A stretch of 64,000 nucleotides of DNA from Bacteroidales bacterium. GTDB taxonomy: Bacteria; Bacteroidota; Bacteroidia; Bacteroidales; Prolixibacteraceae. A program made the translations under genes and the position numbers. Of the stretch, positions 20,701-29,288 are shown piece after piece. The notes under the pieces are model-generated. The model saw nothing but the letters and a program-made list of their open reading frames with translations. It was not told where the DNA came from and made no database searches. The stretch spans positions 34,223-98,222 of the forward strand of contig JBBRXN010000003.1 in the NCBI GenBank assembly GCA_038248385.1, in the 5' to 3' direction. How positions within the stretch are numbered: position 1 is the stretch's first letter; every line of letters starts with the position of its first letter.

Positions 20701-21453
20701 CAAAGTTCGCGACTCAATGTCATAACTCAGCTGAATGTTTCCGGCAGAATAAAAGAATATACAGTCCTTGTTCGCGTTGTCTTTCCCTTTCCACACCGGA
20801 TAGGGCAACAAATCATCTGCCATTAAATCTTTGTTCAGAACAGGTAACATATATCCTCCGTTCCCAAACAAGCAAACCTTTTCAGGATTGGTATAACCCC
20901 AAAGTTTTAACTGATCGTAAGTAATCTTGTATATCCCTTTGTTTTTGATTTTTATCTTGGTCCATTTCCCTGAACCCAGCACTGATGTTGACTTCCATGG
21001 ATAGCTTGCCATAGCTGATTTCAACCGAACTGGAGTTTCAATAACTGACAAAGTGAAATCGGTCAATTTCATAATTTGACCATTTCTTCTGACAAAAGGG
21101 AAAACCGACACCCTCAAGTACGATTTGCCGGCTGAAGTACCCAACACTTTAGAACATTTCAGATCAGTGCCTATTGTGTCAGGAAAAAGAATTGAACTGT
21201 CGGTAAATGCTTCAAATTTGGAATTAGTAATAACAACTTCTGCATTTGATGATTGAAGCTCAAAACTTTCCATCCAGTAGGGCAGCCTGTCGGTTCCAAT
21301 TAAAACAACACCGTCAAATAAATCTTCAGCTGAGCGCAACTCTGAATTCTTATCTGCTCTATGCCAGACAATTGTTCGGTGAAAATCAACCGACCATGCT
21401 AAAAATGTATTTAAAAGTAATATTCCTAAAAGTAATAAAATTCGCATTTTCAA
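17719..21453 (-). CDS. porU: Type IX secretion system sortase PorU (peptidase C25)
   Basis: NYTGHANE and VTATCEYSRFD His/Cys dyad, GIGRIP, C-terminal CTD-like FPNP...GVYIY; TTG 21453 or ATG 21447 start. Confidence 0.96.
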   Translation of the reverse strand: MKMRILLLLGILLLNTFLAWSVDFHRTIVWHRADKNSELRSAEDLFDGVVLIGTDRLPYWMESFELQSSNAEVVITNSKFEAFTDSSILFPDTIGTDLKCSKVLGTSAGKSYLRVSVFPFVRRNGQIMKLTDFTLSVIETPVRLKSAMASYPWKSTSVLGSGKWTKIKIKNKGIYKITYDQLKLWGYTNPEKVCLFGNGGYMLPVLNKDLMADDLLPYPVWKGKDNANKDCIFFYSAGNIQLSYDIESRTLSHKQNVYSVETYFYLSDQGVPLLIGKAVELTGSAGRQVVSYPNYTFYEKELMNLISSGSQWFGERFAQGASQTLSLSLDNPDLTKPALFEVSAAGRSSMLSDMDVSLNGKLLVNIPFDLQSEYDYAKEKIKTTSENLSGKNIQMKLTYNGQNNLSEAWLDYIGINYQSLLNMNTDVIYFRERGVDGTAQITEFQISGATSGIKILNVTDLHQTFEMPATYAGGLMKFKSNSSLINEYVAFNPSGTIPVPDLVGEVVNQNLHEVDPPEMIIVTNPLLLSAANDLAEFHRTTDQMTVQVVTPDLIYNEFSGGLPDPAGLRNYFRMCYDRGKQSGKNTLKYVLLMGDGSYDNRNILDKNLNFLPTFQSDNSLSLTESFVTDDFFVMLDENEGVYSGIIDLGIGRIPANTLIGAQDVVDKIKNYRLPVTLGNWRNVVTFIGDDGDYNTHMEQADRMANFLNKTYPSFFTEKIYFDAYKQLVTSGGEKYPDVTAAISNRVKQGTLVMNYTGHANEKNLANEEVLDMGIIDSWINYNHLPIFVTATCEYSRFDANETSAGEHILFNPRGGGIGLFSTTRLVYSGANYVLNSKFFQYVFEKDQQGNNLRMGDVMRLAKAAANTGQNQLNFTLLADPALRLTYPEFQVKTTSINGKNATIQTDTIRTLSVVNVKGFVADNKGVKLASFNGEIIPTVYDKAMQVKTLGNAGAEPMEYTVQNNIIYRGLASVKNGEFEFSFFVPKDISYKPDKGKIIYYAYNETNDAQGYFDGFYVGGTTNNAISDLQGPTIELFLNSNSFKDGGKVSASSVLIANIRDATGINTAGTGIGHDITAVLDGDYTNIMVLNDYFQFSKDKYTEGTIVFPLTKLAEGNHVLKIKVWDVLNNSSEKEIHFVVKDDFRIESVLCFPNPMQEQTSFVFTHNQPDETFDVTLEVFQTSGTRVDMLQATVGSQGTESLPLEWTPASRMIKMKQGVYIYRMSVKMPDGKVSTGSGRLVYVYR

Positions 21454-21629
21454 GTTATAATTAGATTACACACTAAACGATCATTGATCATTAATATTAT
21501 CAGCAAAGATTTTTCAACACTAATAATTTCAGGACTGAACCCTTTAAAGAAAAGCAAAAATATATATAACAAACAACTCTGCACAAAAAAAGATTGAATA
21601 GGCGAACAATATCAATTCAACAATTTAGT

Positions 21630-21637
21630 TATATTTG
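21630..21637 (+). promoter_or_regulatory. -7 promoter element for gldJ
   Basis: TATATTTG 35 bp upstream of ATG 21673. Confidence 0.45.
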
Positions 21638-21672
21638 TGCGTCTTAAAAAAAAACAGAAAAGAAATATAACG

Positions 21673-23121
21673 ATGAAATTTAGATCCATAATGTTATTTG
21701 GTCTTGCTGCACTAATGGCAGGATGCGGATTGTTTGGAAAGGGCAAAGGCAGATCAGATACTTCTCATTCAACAGGTTGGGCATTCGGAGATCCTAAAAC
21801 CGGTGGCTTTCAGTCAGACGATAATTATGCTCAGGAAACAGGGCCCGGACTTGTATTCATTCAGGGAGGAACATTCTCGATGGGCAGAGTTGAACAAGAT
21901 GTGATGTTTGACTGGAACAATGTACCAAGAAGAGTTACCGTAGCCTCCTTTTATATGGATGAATCAGAGGTATCGAACCTCGATTACAGAGAATATCTTT
22001 TTTGGCTGCGAAGAGTTTATCCGGCCAATCCCGAAAAATACAAAATGGCTTTGCCCGACACTTTAGTTTGGCGTGAAGAATTGGCATACAACGAACCGTA
22101 TGTCACCAATTATCTTCGCCATCCCGCTTATGGAAACTATCCTGTAGTCGGAGTTTCATGGAAACAGGCGGATGTTTATTCAAAATGGAGGACCGACCGC
22201 GTTAACGAAGGGATACTGATTAAAAAAGGAATAATTTCTCCTGACATTGCTCAAAGCGGACAAAACGTATTTACTACTGAATCATTTCTTGCCAATCTTT
22301 ATCAGGGAACTGAAGGCAAAAAACCGCTGAAAGACGCTGCAGGTACAGGTCGCAGGGTACGCTGGGAAGATGGGCTTTTACTTCCTGACTATCGCCTTCC
22401 TACCGAAGCTGAATGGGAATATGCTGCTCTTGGCCTGGTTGGAAATACAGAGGACGAATTACTGACCGACCGGAAGTTATATCCTTGGAACGGAAGTTAT
22501 TTGCGTGATAATTCCAAAAAAACAAAAGGAAGAATGATGGCCAACTTTACCCGTGGACGTGGTGACTTGATGGGGATGGCTGGTGATCTGAATGACAATG
22601 CCGATATTACTGCACCCGTTTTATCCTATCAACCAAACGATTTCGGCCTGTATTGCATGGCTGGTAACGTGAATGAATGGGTTTATGATGTTTACCGTCC
22701 GTTATCATCCGAAGATGTTGCAGAATTCCAACCATTCCGCGGAAATACATTTACCAAATACCGCACCGGTACTGATGGCAAACTGATGCGCGACCAATAT
22801 GGCGAGTTAATTAAAGATACAATCGCCGATAGCCGCAACTTTAAAGATGGGGATTATCGTTCACAGATAATTGAGGGAAATGACTGGAACGCGACAAAAG
22901 ACAAAGCAAAAACCAATTCGATGTATATCCAATCGACTAAGGAAGGCCAATTTTCTTCCTTGATCTCTGACAATGCCCGTGTTTATAAGGGAGGTAGCTG
23001 GAAAGATCGGCCATACTGGCTGATTCCCGGAACCAGAAGGTTTAGACCAGAAACTGAGGCTGCCAATGATCTTGGGTTCCGATGTGCGATGACCCGCGTT
23101 GGAAGTCCTGATGGATTTTAA
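21673..23121 (+). CDS. gldJ: Gliding motility lipoprotein GldJ (FGE-sulfatase fold)
   Basis: Lipobox LMAGC; GPGLVFIQGGTF, YRLPTEAEWEYAA, MAGNVNEW, LGFRCAM; divergent from porU. Confidence 0.9.
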   Translation: MKFRSIMLFGLAALMAGCGLFGKGKGRSDTSHSTGWAFGDPKTGGFQSDDNYAQETGPGLVFIQGGTFSMGRVEQDVMFDWNNVPRRVTVASFYMDESEVSNLDYREYLFWLRRVYPANPEKYKMALPDTLVWREELAYNEPYVTNYLRHPAYGNYPVVGVSWKQADVYSKWRTDRVNEGILIKKGIISPDIAQSGQNVFTTESFLANLYQGTEGKKPLKDAAGTGRRVRWEDGLLLPDYRLPTEAEWEYAALGLVGNTEDELLTDRKLYPWNGSYLRDNSKKTKGRMMANFTRGRGDLMGMAGDLNDNADITAPVLSYQPNDFGLYCMAGNVNEWVYDVYRPLSSEDVAEFQPFRGNTFTKYRTGTDGKLMRDQYGELIKDTIADSRNFKDGDYRSQIIEGNDWNATKDKAKTNSMYIQSTKEGQFSSLISDNARVYKGGSWKDRPYWLIPGTRRFRPETEAANDLGFRCAMTRVGSPDGF

Positions 23122-23144
23122 ATAAATCGACAAAATTCAATATT

Positions 23145-23172
23145 AAAACCTCATTTGGAAAAGTGAGGTTTT
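23145..23172 (+). terminator. Intrinsic terminator after gldJ
   Basis: AAAACCTCA-TTTGGAAAAG-TGAGGTTTT followed by T-rich run. Confidence 0.65.
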
Positions 23173-23188
23173 CTTTTTTTTATTAATC

Positions 23189-24490
23189 ATGGAAATCACC
23201 AACTTATACCAGCTATTCAGGCAAAATCCTTTCATCACTACTGATTCCAGAAACATTCCTGTCAACAGTATATTCTTTGCCTTGAAAGGAGATCATTTCA
23301 ACGGGAACAGTTATGCCGTTGAAGCATTATCGAAAGGAGCAACTTATGCGGTAATTGATGAGCCTGAATTTGCAATCAATGACAGGACGATTTTAGTGGA
23401 TGATGTGTTGACCTGCTTACATGAATTAGCCCGTCATCACAGGGACCAGTTGAAATTACAGATTTTGGCTATAACCGGAACAAACGGAAAAACTACAACA
23501 AAAGAGCTTATCGCAGCAGTACTCTCGAAAAAATATAAGATTAGTTTCACACAAGGCAATCTTAATAATCACATCGGAGTCCCATTGACGATTCTGACGA
23601 TGACGCCTGAAACGGAAATCGGAATTGTGGAAATGGGTGCAAATCATCCCGGTGAAATTAAAATTTTGTGCGAAATTGCCAATCCTGATTTCGGTATCGT
23701 AACAAACATGGGAAAAGCTCATTTAGAAGGATTTGGCTCGTTTGAAGGAGTAATTAAAACCAAGACGGAATTGTATGATTTTTTGAAGATTAATGGCGGG
23801 AAATGTTTCATCAATGATGACAATCCACTTTTAAACAAACAGGCTAAAGATCTGGAGAAAATCACTTACGGAAAGTCAACCCAATGTTTTATGCCCGGAG
23901 AATTGGCTACAACCGGCTACAACCTGGTAGTAAAAACACTTTTTCCTAAAGGATGGTTATATCTAAAATCGAAGTTGATTGGTGACTATAATTTTGAGAA
24001 TTTGCTGGCGGCAGCCTGTGTCGGTAAATATTTTGAAGTTGACCCCTTACTCATTCAGGAAGCGCTGGAAGAATATACTCCGGCAAATAACCGGTCACAA
24101 CTGATCAGGAAAGGAATGAACACCATTATAATGGATGCCTACAATGCCAATCCGACCAGCATGATGATGGCCCTCACCAATTTTGTAAGCATTAAGAATG
24201 ATCAAAAATGTATTATTCTTGGAGACATGCTTGAACTGGGAGAAGTTTCTAATGAAGAACACCAGAAAATTGCAGATTTTGTTGAATCACAGAATTTCGC
24301 GGATGTTTTTTTTGTCGGCCCTCAATTTAAAAAGTCTATAACCGGGAAAGAAAAAAAGAAGTTCGGCGATGCCGAACTTCTTTCCAATTACCTAAAAACA
24401 CAACCTATTGAAAATAAACTTATTCTGATAAAAGGGTCAAGAGGAATCCACCTCGAAAAAATTCTGGAATTGTTGATTAGTGAACCTTAA
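23189..24490 (+). CDS. murF: UDP-N-acetylmuramoyl-tripeptide--D-Ala-D-Ala ligase
   Basis: AITGTNGKTTTKE, GNLNNHIGVP, EMGANH, DAYNANP, LGDMLELG, KGSRG. Confidence 0.97.
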   Translation: MEITNLYQLFRQNPFITTDSRNIPVNSIFFALKGDHFNGNSYAVEALSKGATYAVIDEPEFAINDRTILVDDVLTCLHELARHHRDQLKLQILAITGTNGKTTTKELIAAVLSKKYKISFTQGNLNNHIGVPLTILTMTPETEIGIVEMGANHPGEIKILCEIANPDFGIVTNMGKAHLEGFGSFEGVIKTKTELYDFLKINGGKCFINDDNPLLNKQAKDLEKITYGKSTQCFMPGELATTGYNLVVKTLFPKGWLYLKSKLIGDYNFENLLAAACVGKYFEVDPLLIQEALEEYTPANNRSQLIRKGMNTIIMDAYNANPTSMMMALTNFVSIKNDQKCIILGDMLELGEVSNEEHQKIADFVESQNFADVFFVGPQFKKSITGKEKKKFGDAELLSNYLKTQPIENKLILIKGSRGIHLEKILELLISEP

Positions 24491-24858
24491 TTAAGTACTG
24501 GTTTTGTTACTTTCAGCACTTCGCCAATTGCCTGTTCAAATGTTGCTTTCGGAAGCGCTCCCATTGCCATTTGCGGTTGTCCTTCCAACGGAACAAACAA
24601 CATTGAGGGAATGCTCTGTATTCCAAAAACGGAAGATAATTCACGTTCGTCTTCAGTATTGACTTTGTAAATTACAATATTATCACCGTATTCTTTTTGC
24701 AGTTCTTCCAACACCGGAGCAACCATTTTGCATGGGCCACACCAATCAGCGTAAAAATCGATCAAACAAGGTGTTTTTCCTTCAAATTTCCATTCTTTAT
24801 TGAGTTCAAAGTTGAATACTTTTTCTTTGAATGTCTCTTTGGTTAAATGTTCTAACAT
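24487..24858 (-). CDS. trxA: Thioredoxin
   Basis: DFYADWCGPCKM; TATATTTG promoter element at 24886-24879. Confidence 0.93.
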   Translation of the reverse strand: MLEHLTKETFKEKVFNFELNKEWKFEGKTPCLIDFYADWCGPCKMVAPVLEELQKEYGDNIVIYKVNTEDERELSSVFGIQSIPSMLFVPLEGQPQMAMGALPKATFEQAIGEVLKVTKPVLN

Positions 24859-25039
24859 GCGTTAAATTTTTAATTATACAAATATATACATTTTTTTATA
24901 TATACATATCAATTGATGTGCCACGAAAATTAAAACTTAAAATTGAGAGTTAAAAAGCAATAAATGGTAATTTTGTCACAATTTAAAAACAAATTGTCAT
25001 ATCTACTTATTTAAATAAGATTTCCCGGGAAATTATTAC

Positions 25040-26455
25040 ATGAAACAGAACCTTCAACATCCTGTATTTTCAGTGATTTCAGAAATAGCCGACCAGCAAA
25101 ATCAGGAAACTTATGTCATCGGCGGTTTTGTCAGGGATCTGATTCTGAATCGGCCATCTCCTGATATTGATATCGTTACCATTGGAAGCGGCATTCAACT
25201 TGCTGAACTGGTTGCCAAAAAATTAGGGCCAAACATTCAGGTCAGTGTATTTAAAACCTTTGGAACAGCCATGCTCAAGCACCAATCACTTGATATTGAA
25301 TTTGTAGGTGCACGAAAAGAATCATACAACCAGGATTCGCGTAAGCCGGTTGTTGAGAATGGAACACTTGAGGAAGATCAAAATCGCCGGGATTTTACCA
25401 TTAATGCTCTGGCCATTTGCCTGAATAACAAGCATTTTGGAGAACTCATCGATCCATTCGGTGGAGTTCAGGACATCAAGGATAAAATTTTACGCACACC
25501 GCTCGAACCCGGAATTACTTTTTCGGATGACCCGTTGAGAATGATGCGTGCCATCAGGTTTGCATCACAACTGGGGTTCACGATTGAAGAAAAAACACTT
25601 GAAGCTATTTCCCTCAATAAAAAACGCATTCACATCATTTCGAAAGAGCGAATTGGAGAAGAACTGAACAAGATAATTCTTTCGGCCAAGCCTTCTGTCG
25701 GTTTTAAATTGCTTGAAAATACAGGATTGCTCGAGTTGATTTTTCCTGAATTACACCGAATGAAAGGTCGTACAGAAGTGAACGGAATAGGGCACAAAGA
25801 TAATTTTTATCATACGCTGGAAGTTTTGGACCGGATTGTTCCTCATACGAACAATCTTTGGCTGCGGTGGTCGGCGCTTCTGCACGACATTGCCAAACCT
25901 GTTACAAAAAAATACTCGCCGGAGTTGGGTTGGACTTTCTACTCTCACAATTTTGTCGGCGCCAAAATGGTGCCCGCACTTTTCAAGAAAATGAAGTTCC
26001 CGATGAACGAGAAAATGAAATATGTGCAGAAGATCGTTGAACTACACATGCGGCCCATCGTTCTCTCCGAAGAAGTTGTAACAGATTCGGCTATCCGGCG
26101 CCTGTTATTCGAAGCAGGCGATGATATTGACGATTTGATGACCTTATGCGAAGCTGATATCACCTCAAAAAATCCGCAGAAGGTTAAAAAGTATTACGGC
26201 AATTTTCAACTTGTCAGGCAAAAACTTAAAGACCTGGAAGAAAAAGACCATATCCGGAATTTTCAGCCACCGGTTTCGGGCGAAACCATTATGGAAGTTT
26301 TCGGACTTTCACCTTGTCGTGAAGTGGGTTTGATTAAAACTGCCATCAAAGATGCGATACTCGATGGGATAATTCCGAACGAACACGAGCCAGCCTATCA
26401 GTTTATGCTTGAAAAGGGAAAGGAATTGGGATTAAAACCTATTTTCAATCAATAA
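25040..26455 (+). CDS. CCA tRNA nucleotidyltransferase (poly A polymerase family, HD domain)
   Basis: GGFVRDLIL, DIDI, RRDFTINAL, DDPLRMMRAIRFA, LLHDIAKP. Confidence 0.95.
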   Translation: MKQNLQHPVFSVISEIADQQNQETYVIGGFVRDLILNRPSPDIDIVTIGSGIQLAELVAKKLGPNIQVSVFKTFGTAMLKHQSLDIEFVGARKESYNQDSRKPVVENGTLEEDQNRRDFTINALAICLNNKHFGELIDPFGGVQDIKDKILRTPLEPGITFSDDPLRMMRAIRFASQLGFTIEEKTLEAISLNKKRIHIISKERIGEELNKIILSAKPSVGFKLLENTGLLELIFPELHRMKGRTEVNGIGHKDNFYHTLEVLDRIVPHTNNLWLRWSALLHDIAKPVTKKYSPELGWTFYSHNFVGAKMVPALFKKMKFPMNEKMKYVQKIVELHMRPIVLSEEVVTDSAIRRLLFEAGDDIDDLMTLCEADITSKNPQKVKKYYGNFQLVRQKLKDLEEKDHIRNFQPPVSGETIMEVFGLSPCREVGLIKTAIKDAILDGIIPNEHEPAYQFMLEKGKELGLKPIFNQ

Positions 26456-27483
26456 TTTATTAGTTGAAATTTAATAACGATAGGGAGATGGTCAGAAAAT
26501 CCATCCTGATATTTATATCCAACGTATGTCCGTTTTGGCTTTACTCCTCCGTATTTTTTGTCAGGCTCCAATAAAAATCCGGCATCAAATATTTCGGATT
26601 TCATGAACTTCAAACAACCCTTACTTTCAATAAAATAATCTGAAACAATAAACTGATCAAACACTTGCCATGAATACATGTTTTTCAAGGTCTGAACCCG
26701 TTGTGTCATCCATTCGAACGAAAGGTTGATTATTTCACCCTTTTTGTCAGGATTATTGGTTTTCAATGCTTTTAAAACCCCGGATAAGCTTTCGTCTTCA
26801 GGTGTATCATTAAAATCACCCATGCAAACGATTCCGGCTTGCGGATATTTATCAAACAATTCCTGAATCGACTTTTTCAATATCCCGGCGGCCAGACTTC
26901 GTAATCTCATAGTTTCCATTATTCCGCCATACCTCGACGGCCAGTGATTAACAAATACATGAATGGTATCGCAGTTATTCACGATTCCGCTAACCTGCAG
27001 AATATCTCTGGTTTTGAATTCAGGATTGAGCGGATCTTTGACAGGAATTACCCTATAATTGAAAGGTTTAAACAGATCAGGACGGTAAATCAGCGCCACA
27101 TCAATTCCACGTTCGTCAGGAGAATCTTTGTGGATGATTTTATAGCCGTATTTATTGAGTGGAGTTTGTTTAACAAGAACTTCAAGAGCTGGCTGACTCT
27201 CGATTTCACAAAGGCCAACAATAACCGGGGCATTCCATTTTCCTGCAGCTAAGATAACCTTCGACAGACGATCTGCTTTCTCGTGAAGCCGCCCGTAATT
27301 CCACCTTCGATCTCCATCAGGTGTAAACTCATCATCTTGTGTCAAGGAATCATTTTCGCAGTCGAAGAAATTTTCAGTATTATAAAACAGGAATGAAAAC
27401 TCATCACCAGACTTGTTTACCTGAGAGAAACAGTCAATAATTGTCAAAAAAAACAACACAAGTCCTAAGACCAATGGTTTCAT
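26449..27483 (-). CDS. Endonuclease/exonuclease/phosphatase family protein, exported
   Basis: YNTENFFD, GLCEIE, RGIDVAL, NHWPSR, MGDFND, SDHLP. Confidence 0.92.
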   Translation of the reverse strand: MKPLVLGLVLFFLTIIDCFSQVNKSGDEFSFLFYNTENFFDCENDSLTQDDEFTPDGDRRWNYGRLHEKADRLSKVILAAGKWNAPVIVGLCEIESQPALEVLVKQTPLNKYGYKIIHKDSPDERGIDVALIYRPDLFKPFNYRVIPVKDPLNPEFKTRDILQVSGIVNNCDTIHVFVNHWPSRYGGIMETMRLRSLAAGILKKSIQELFDKYPQAGIVCMGDFNDTPEDESLSGVLKALKTNNPDKKGEIINLSFEWMTQRVQTLKNMYSWQVFDQFIVSDYFIESKGCLKFMKSEIFDAGFLLEPDKKYGGVKPKRTYVGYKYQDGFSDHLPIVIKFQLINY

Positions 27484-27519
27484 CTTCTTGAAATTATTAT
27501 TTGGAAATTGGGAATTTAA

Positions 27520-28956
27520 CTACTTTGCCTTTTTCTCCTGACGTTCCAACGCACCAATATCAGGACCTTTATCGATCAGACGGTCACGGCCTTTCAGATC
27601 AGTTGGTACCAGGCGACCAATGGATAATTTTCCGGAATCTTTGGCAGGACTTAATGTGTCAAGTTCAAAGTTTAATTTTTTGTAAGGATCGACAAATTTG
27701 GGATCAACACCTTTCAAAATATTCATATAATGGTCGGCATTGGTGGTTTTAAAGGTATCGGCAACCTGAAGAATGCACCGGTCGAATTTGTAGTTAAAGA
27801 GCGCTGTCGAATTTTTGCTTAAAAGCAATTCATTACCATCGATAGCATTTCCGGCAATAATGCAGTTTCCGAAATTTGCCTTTAAAAGATCTCCTATATA
27901 GGCAGGTTTATCCTTATTTATTTTCAGATAGTTTTGAATTTGCAAAGATGGAGTTGAACGAGCTTTCAATGAATATCCACCCCAGTAATTGGCAATAGTT
28001 GAATGAGTAAATTCATAACTTCCTCCAACAAGCAAAGCAACCGCATAAAAACCGCAATTGGTTATTAAACAATTATCTGCAACAATTTCAGATTTCATGG
28101 CGAAAATTCCGGCATAAGCCATGTTCTGGATTTTGGTGTTTCTGAGTTTGACAGTAGCAAAACCATCATCTTCAATATTGCCTACCTGCAATCCAATATT
28201 TGCATTTTTTATTTCAACATTCGAGAATTCATTGTTCAAACTACCTGAATATAATAAAATCTGGTTCCATTGATCGGGTACATTGGCATACACATTTTCG
28301 AGACGGTCGCCCTGAAACACAATAGGATTATCAAGAGTACCGTTTGCCACTACCCTGCCTTTGACATACAAGCCGGCATCTTTATGAAAATATATTTTTG
28401 TACCAGGCTCTATTGTAAGCGTGGCATTGCTGTCAACAAAAGCATAATTATATACCAAATAAGGCTTTTTATTATTCCAGGTCGTATTTTTCAGTCTTTG
28501 TTGTTTAATGAGCACAAAATCCTGTCCCCATGCCACCAGATCAACATCCTGTCGGTTTGAATTAGTAATAAACACGATGGAATCTTTTACAACCAGCGGA
28601 AGATTTTGACCGCTTGGATCAATGGTTACTTCAACAAAAATGTATAAACTATCGAAAGGTGCAATTTCCAGGTTCTGAACTTCATTGGCAGAAACTCCAT
28701 TGATATTCAGCCTGAAATTAGACTTGTCACCTTTGGCGAGTTTAACCGATGAAATCAATACCTTTTGATTGAAGGGATTAAATATTTTTAAATGCTGAGT
28801 TGTTGATCCAATGGTAGTGAATACAGTATCAAACATCACTGTATCAACCGAAAAGCGAAGCTTTACATCCGAAGAAGAAAGATACTTTTCATCCTCACAC
28901 GAAATTAAATACCCCAAAGTGAGGATCATGATCAATATGTAGAGAAGTTTCTTCAA
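27520..28956 (-). CDS. Lipoprotein with parallel beta-helix and C-terminal repeat-like region
   Basis: Likely TTG start 28956 (LKKLLYILIMILTLGYLISC lipobox); NT-like repeats, PDIGALE C-terminus; start uncertain. Confidence 0.7.
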   Translation of the reverse strand: MKKLLYILIMILTLGYLISCEDEKYLSSSDVKLRFSVDTVMFDTVFTTIGSTTQHLKIFNPFNQKVLISSVKLAKGDKSNFRLNINGVSANEVQNLEIAPFDSLYIFVEVTIDPSGQNLPLVVKDSIVFITNSNRQDVDLVAWGQDFVLIKQQRLKNTTWNNKKPYLVYNYAFVDSNATLTIEPGTKIYFHKDAGLYVKGRVVANGTLDNPIVFQGDRLENVYANVPDQWNQILLYSGSLNNEFSNVEIKNANIGLQVGNIEDDGFATVKLRNTKIQNMAYAGIFAMKSEIVADNCLITNCGFYAVALLVGGSYEFTHSTIANYWGGYSLKARSTPSLQIQNYLKINKDKPAYIGDLLKANFGNCIIAGNAIDGNELLLSKNSTALFNYKFDRCILQVADTFKTTNADHYMNILKGVDPKFVDPYKKLNFELDTLSPAKDSGKLSIGRLVPTDLKGRDRLIDKGPDIGALERQEKKAK

Positions 28957-29288
28957 GCAAAAAATTTCTAAGAAAAACGAAAATTTGACACACTTAGTAT
29001 CCCAAAAGTAATAAATGATTTTTACATTTTTTAACATTTAGAACAATATATGGTTAAAACTATCATTTTAGTAACATTTTTGGCAGGAAATGGAAAGAGT
29101 CTCAAGATTTATGTGTTAAAAAAAGCTGTATTGGTGCGCATTGCAAATAATTTTTCAGAATATCCAAATTGTATTAATTAATTAACAAATCTGTATTTTG
29201 AATTGATTGGTAATTAATTCAAATCGCATCTGAAAAAAGTTTGAAACTCTTATTGTTTTTTACCTTTACGACCTGAAGAGATGCAAGA

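Noticed and set aside
24487-26455. Short convergent 3' overlaps (murF/trxA, CCA enzyme/nuclease)
   Set aside because: Overlaps of 4-7 bp are common in compact genomes
28957-29037. N-terminal extension of the 505-aa ORF
   Set aside because: Pushes the lipobox too far from the start; looks like promoter DNA
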